Notes under the pieces: generated by a model
Told to the model about the DNA's origin: nothing
Databases searched by the model: none
The model's input: only the letters and a program-made list of their open reading frames with translations
NCBI GenBank assembly: GCA_951804945.1
Contig: OX638153.1
Coordinates: 59,458,001-59,522,000, forward strand
Direction: 5' to 3'
From: Podarcis cretensis
Taxonomy: Eukaryota
DNA length: 64,000 nucleotides
Shown: in pieces, positions 60,577-64,000 of the stretch
Numbering within the stretch: position 1 is the stretch's first letter
Layout: every line of letters begins with the position of its first letter
Translations under genes and position numbers: made by a program

Positions 60577-61951
60577 GCCTTTTCCAACTAGCCTGGAGCC
60601 TGATTTCAGCCGGGAACTTGCTTTGGGTGCCTTCGCTTTCTGCAAGCGTCAAACGACTTAAAGAACCGGCCTTATGAACTTGGTAAGCTGGATTTGCTTT
60701 TGAAGGAAGAGGTTGTCAAGCAATGCAATGCCTGAGCATCTCCAGAAGGGCAATGGGCAATTTGCATGAGGCAAACCAGGTAGGAAAGGCTGTCGCTCAG
60801 TGGTAGAGCAATTGCCTTCATGCGGAAGGTCCCAGGATTAACCCCAAGTGGGGTTGGGAGGGATTACTTCCTGAAGCCGCGGAGAGCCTGTCAGTGTAGA
60901 CAAGGCTAAGTGAAGTAGACCAATGATCTGTCTCAGTATAAGGCTTCCTGTCTCTCTAGGAACCTGAAACTCAAGTGAAATCCAAATTTCAATGTGGAAC
61001 TAGAAGTTGCCTGGAGTAATGTAGCTGTTAACCAGAAGGTTGGTGTTCAAGGCTACCCAGGGATAGCTGTGGACAGGATTCCTGCATTGCAGAGAGGGGG
61101 ATGGACTAGATGGCCCTCAGGGTCCCTTCTAACTTACTATTCTGTGATTCTGTGAACTACATAGTGGCCACAATAACAAAAATGGGGGGCTGATGCAACA
61201 TGTGAGGAACCCTCTGCAGATGAGAGGAATGGCTGCTTATTTCCTCCTGTACTTCTCCATTCCAGGCCTTTTTCTTACCTTCTTACCTTCAGCTGGTCTT
61301 GTTTCCCTTTTCACAGCCTGGCTGGAAAGGGGAGAAATAGACACTGCCTGCACAGAAGAGGACCAGGCAGCGAAGGTTTGTGCACCACTTGTGCCTTTAG
61401 CAAGGGGAGGGAAATGTGGGTTGGGAGCCCCCAGGCTCCCCTTGTAAGGTCTGGCTTGGCCTTCTGATCCAAGTTCTCTGGCCACATCTAGTCAAGAGGT
61501 TTTTGAGACAACACACCAGACGAATGCATTGAAAAATGGTACCACTAACACGTCTTAGGCTTATCTTATTGCTACAGTGGTCTTTCTGTTTTTAAAAAGG
61601 ATGCCCGCCCTCTGTGTACAGGTGCTGATTGCCCACCTGCAAAGCACAAAGGAGAGGGGAGGGCAAGGGAAATGAAGAGAGCAGAACCCGTGTGGAAGAT
61701 CCACTTGGACAATCTCTGCTTGATGGAAGGTCAAGCATGGACAGAAGTGCTCAGCAGTTCACATGACTTGTGTACAGCACTGCTTCTGAACATTTACACA
61801 TGTGGTCTGCTGCATTACTATTTAATACTATTATTACTATAATCTGTAAATCTCAGGACAATATACATCATCATAATCTTCATTGTTATTATTTGTATAC
61901 TGCCCTATACCTGCAGGTCTCAGGGCGGTTCACAACATAAATATAAAGAAT

Positions 61952-62311
61952 GTAAAGGTAAAGGTACCCCTGCCCGTACGGGCCAGTCTTGACAGACTCT
62001 GGGGTTGTGCGCCCATCTCACTTAAGAGGCCAGGGGCCAGCGCTGTCCGGAGACACTTCCGGGTCACGTGGCCAGCGTGACATCGCTGCTCTGGCGAGCC
62101 AGAGCCGCACACGGAAACGCCGTTTACCTTCCCGCTGGTAAGCGGTCCCTATTTATCTACTTGCACCCGGAGGTGCTTTCGAACTGCTAGGTTGGCAGGC
62201 GCTGGGACCGAGCAGCGGGAGCGCACCCCGCCGCAGGGATTCGAACCGCAGACCTTTCGATCGGCAAGTCCTAGGCGCTGAGGCTTTAACCCACAGCGCC
62301 ACCTGCGTCCC
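61952..62311 (-). mobile_element. Sauria SINE, young full-length copy
   Basis: 12-bp TSD AATATAAAGAAT (61940-61951, 62312-62323); A/B boxes; (ACCTTT)n tail; CpGs retained. Confidence 0.9.
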
Positions 62312-64000
62312 AATATAAAGAATACAGAATGCATAATAAAAATAGGAACAGCAAGGAACCCCAAATCCCCCCTGTTATTCAAAGGCAGAGGTAGTGATGG
62401 CCACCAACGTGAATGGCTTTGGAAGAGGATTAGACAAATTCGTAGAGGATGAGACTATTATAGCCACTAGCCCTGGCGGCTATGTTCTCCCTTCACTGCC
62501 AGAGAAAGCATGCCTCAATACCAGTACTTACCAGTTTCTCCAAAGCAACGTACAAGATTTCATGTGAACCAGCATCCACATCTAGTTATTAAACGACCAT
62601 CAGTTCCCATCAGATTCATACATTGGTTTTGTTCCGTGGCACTCGTACAGCTGCCATTCTTTAAAAACAATGTGTGACTAAAATAATATGCATGCTTGCT
62701 CTCCTTATAGGTTGGTTTGGGGTCAGGACTGTCTAATGAAACAGGGCTGGTGACAAAAAGAGCACCCACGGATTTGTAAGATGGCCCAGGATATATTTGG
62801 AAGGTCCTCCTCCCCGCTGCTTGACTGCTGTGGCTCATCCTGGCCTCTTATCACCTCGGAAGCTGCCTTGCAGGCTTGGAAGGCGTCCCACGTCATTAAT
62901 TCTCAGACTGGTTATTGGGAAATGGGATGTTATCTCCATCCTGTTGTGCAGAAGAGCACCCTGGAGCTCAGGAACGACTTAAGTAGCACTGCTGTCACGG
63001 TACAATTGGGGGCTATGAGACTGAGAGGGATAGACTGATGTGTCTGTTGCCATAAATAACTTCCAGCTCATCCCTTCCTGGTGTCCTCTCACCTGCCCCC
63101 ACCCTCCCCAGTTCACCCGATGTTATTCATCCTGTTCCACTACACTTTCTGTTCCAGGCTTTGTGCCTATGTTAGCTGCTTGGCAGGTTGGTAAACTGTT
63201 TCCTGGCAGAGCCCAGTGGCTTGGGCTAGTGCCCTCCTGAGCAGGCCCCTCTGGAAATTTTGGCACCCACAGCAGAGGGCAGAAATGCCCTGCGGGTATC
63301 ATGTGTCTCATCACAGAGGCAGGAGTTCTATGCTGGGGGAGCAGCAGCTACTAAGGCTAGTGATGGAAGCCTTTTAGAAGACGGTTGGTTGGTTGGTTGG
63401 CTTAGTTGATTTACCTGCTGCCTTCACACAATGAGCTATGCCCAAAGTGACTTACAAGTTACAACAAACATTCACTTATCAAAATACAAAGCACTGGGGT
63501 GAAAGGCCAGTTTACAAAATGTATTGATAAATTCAGATACCTCTATTCCCAGGTAGCACTTTAAAAAAGGAGTTGCCCTTGATTCCAGAAGCTCATAGTC
63601 ATCGCAGGATGGAAACCCTTTAATTTTCACACTGGAATATCATTTATTACATTGATATACCTTTATCTTCCAGGGATTTCAAGGGGGTGTACATGGTTCT
63701 CATCCTCACAACAACCCTGTGAGGTAGATTAGGCTAAGTGATGGTGACTGGCCCAGGGTCACCCAGTGAGCTTCATGGCTGAGCAGGGATTTGAACCCTG
63801 TTCTCCTAGGTCCCAGTCCAACACTCTAACCATTACGCCACACTGAACAGAAGGTGGTGGACTCGCCTCTGCTAGAAGTTTTAAAGCAGTGGCTGGATTT
63901 TCAGGGATGTTGCTGGAGTGGTTTTCCTGCAATGACAGGTGGCTGAACTAGAGGAACTTTGGAGATCCCTCCCAACCTGATGGTTTTATTACGGCCATAT

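Noticed and set aside
62500-64000. Search for ANKRD2 exons or a muscle promoter downstream of UBTD1
   Set aside because: No ankyrin-repeat coding sequence and no clean MEF2 or CArG consensus seen in the window.

Overview
Vertebrate genomic DNA, almost certainly a squamate and probably a lacertid lizard (inferred from Sauria-type and (CTT)n-tailed Squam3-type SINEs). It carries the conserved block ZDHHC16 (+; 10 coding exons, 375 aa), MMS19 (-; 31 coding exons, 1020 aa) and UBTD1 (+; 3 coding exons, 227 aa). All exons were reconstructed by hand with canonical splice sites and consistent phases; orthology calls rest on recalled human protein sequences, not a database search. Introns are full of SINEs, LINE 3' ends and MITEs, several of them nested. 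The most notable non-genic object is a 250-bp Penelope-like insertion (9162-9411, 13-bp TSD) between the convergent 3' ends of ZDHHC16 and MMS19. It is a perfect 100-bp inverted repeat whose arms carry minimal hammerhead ribozyme motifs, one on each strand. Other oddities are a U12 intron splitting the DHHC-P motif, a triple CAG acceptor, a (GTAA)4 tandem donor, an overlapping uORF in UBTD1, and an MMS19/UBTD1 divergent promoter split into two CpG islands with a 218-codon ORF in the gap.
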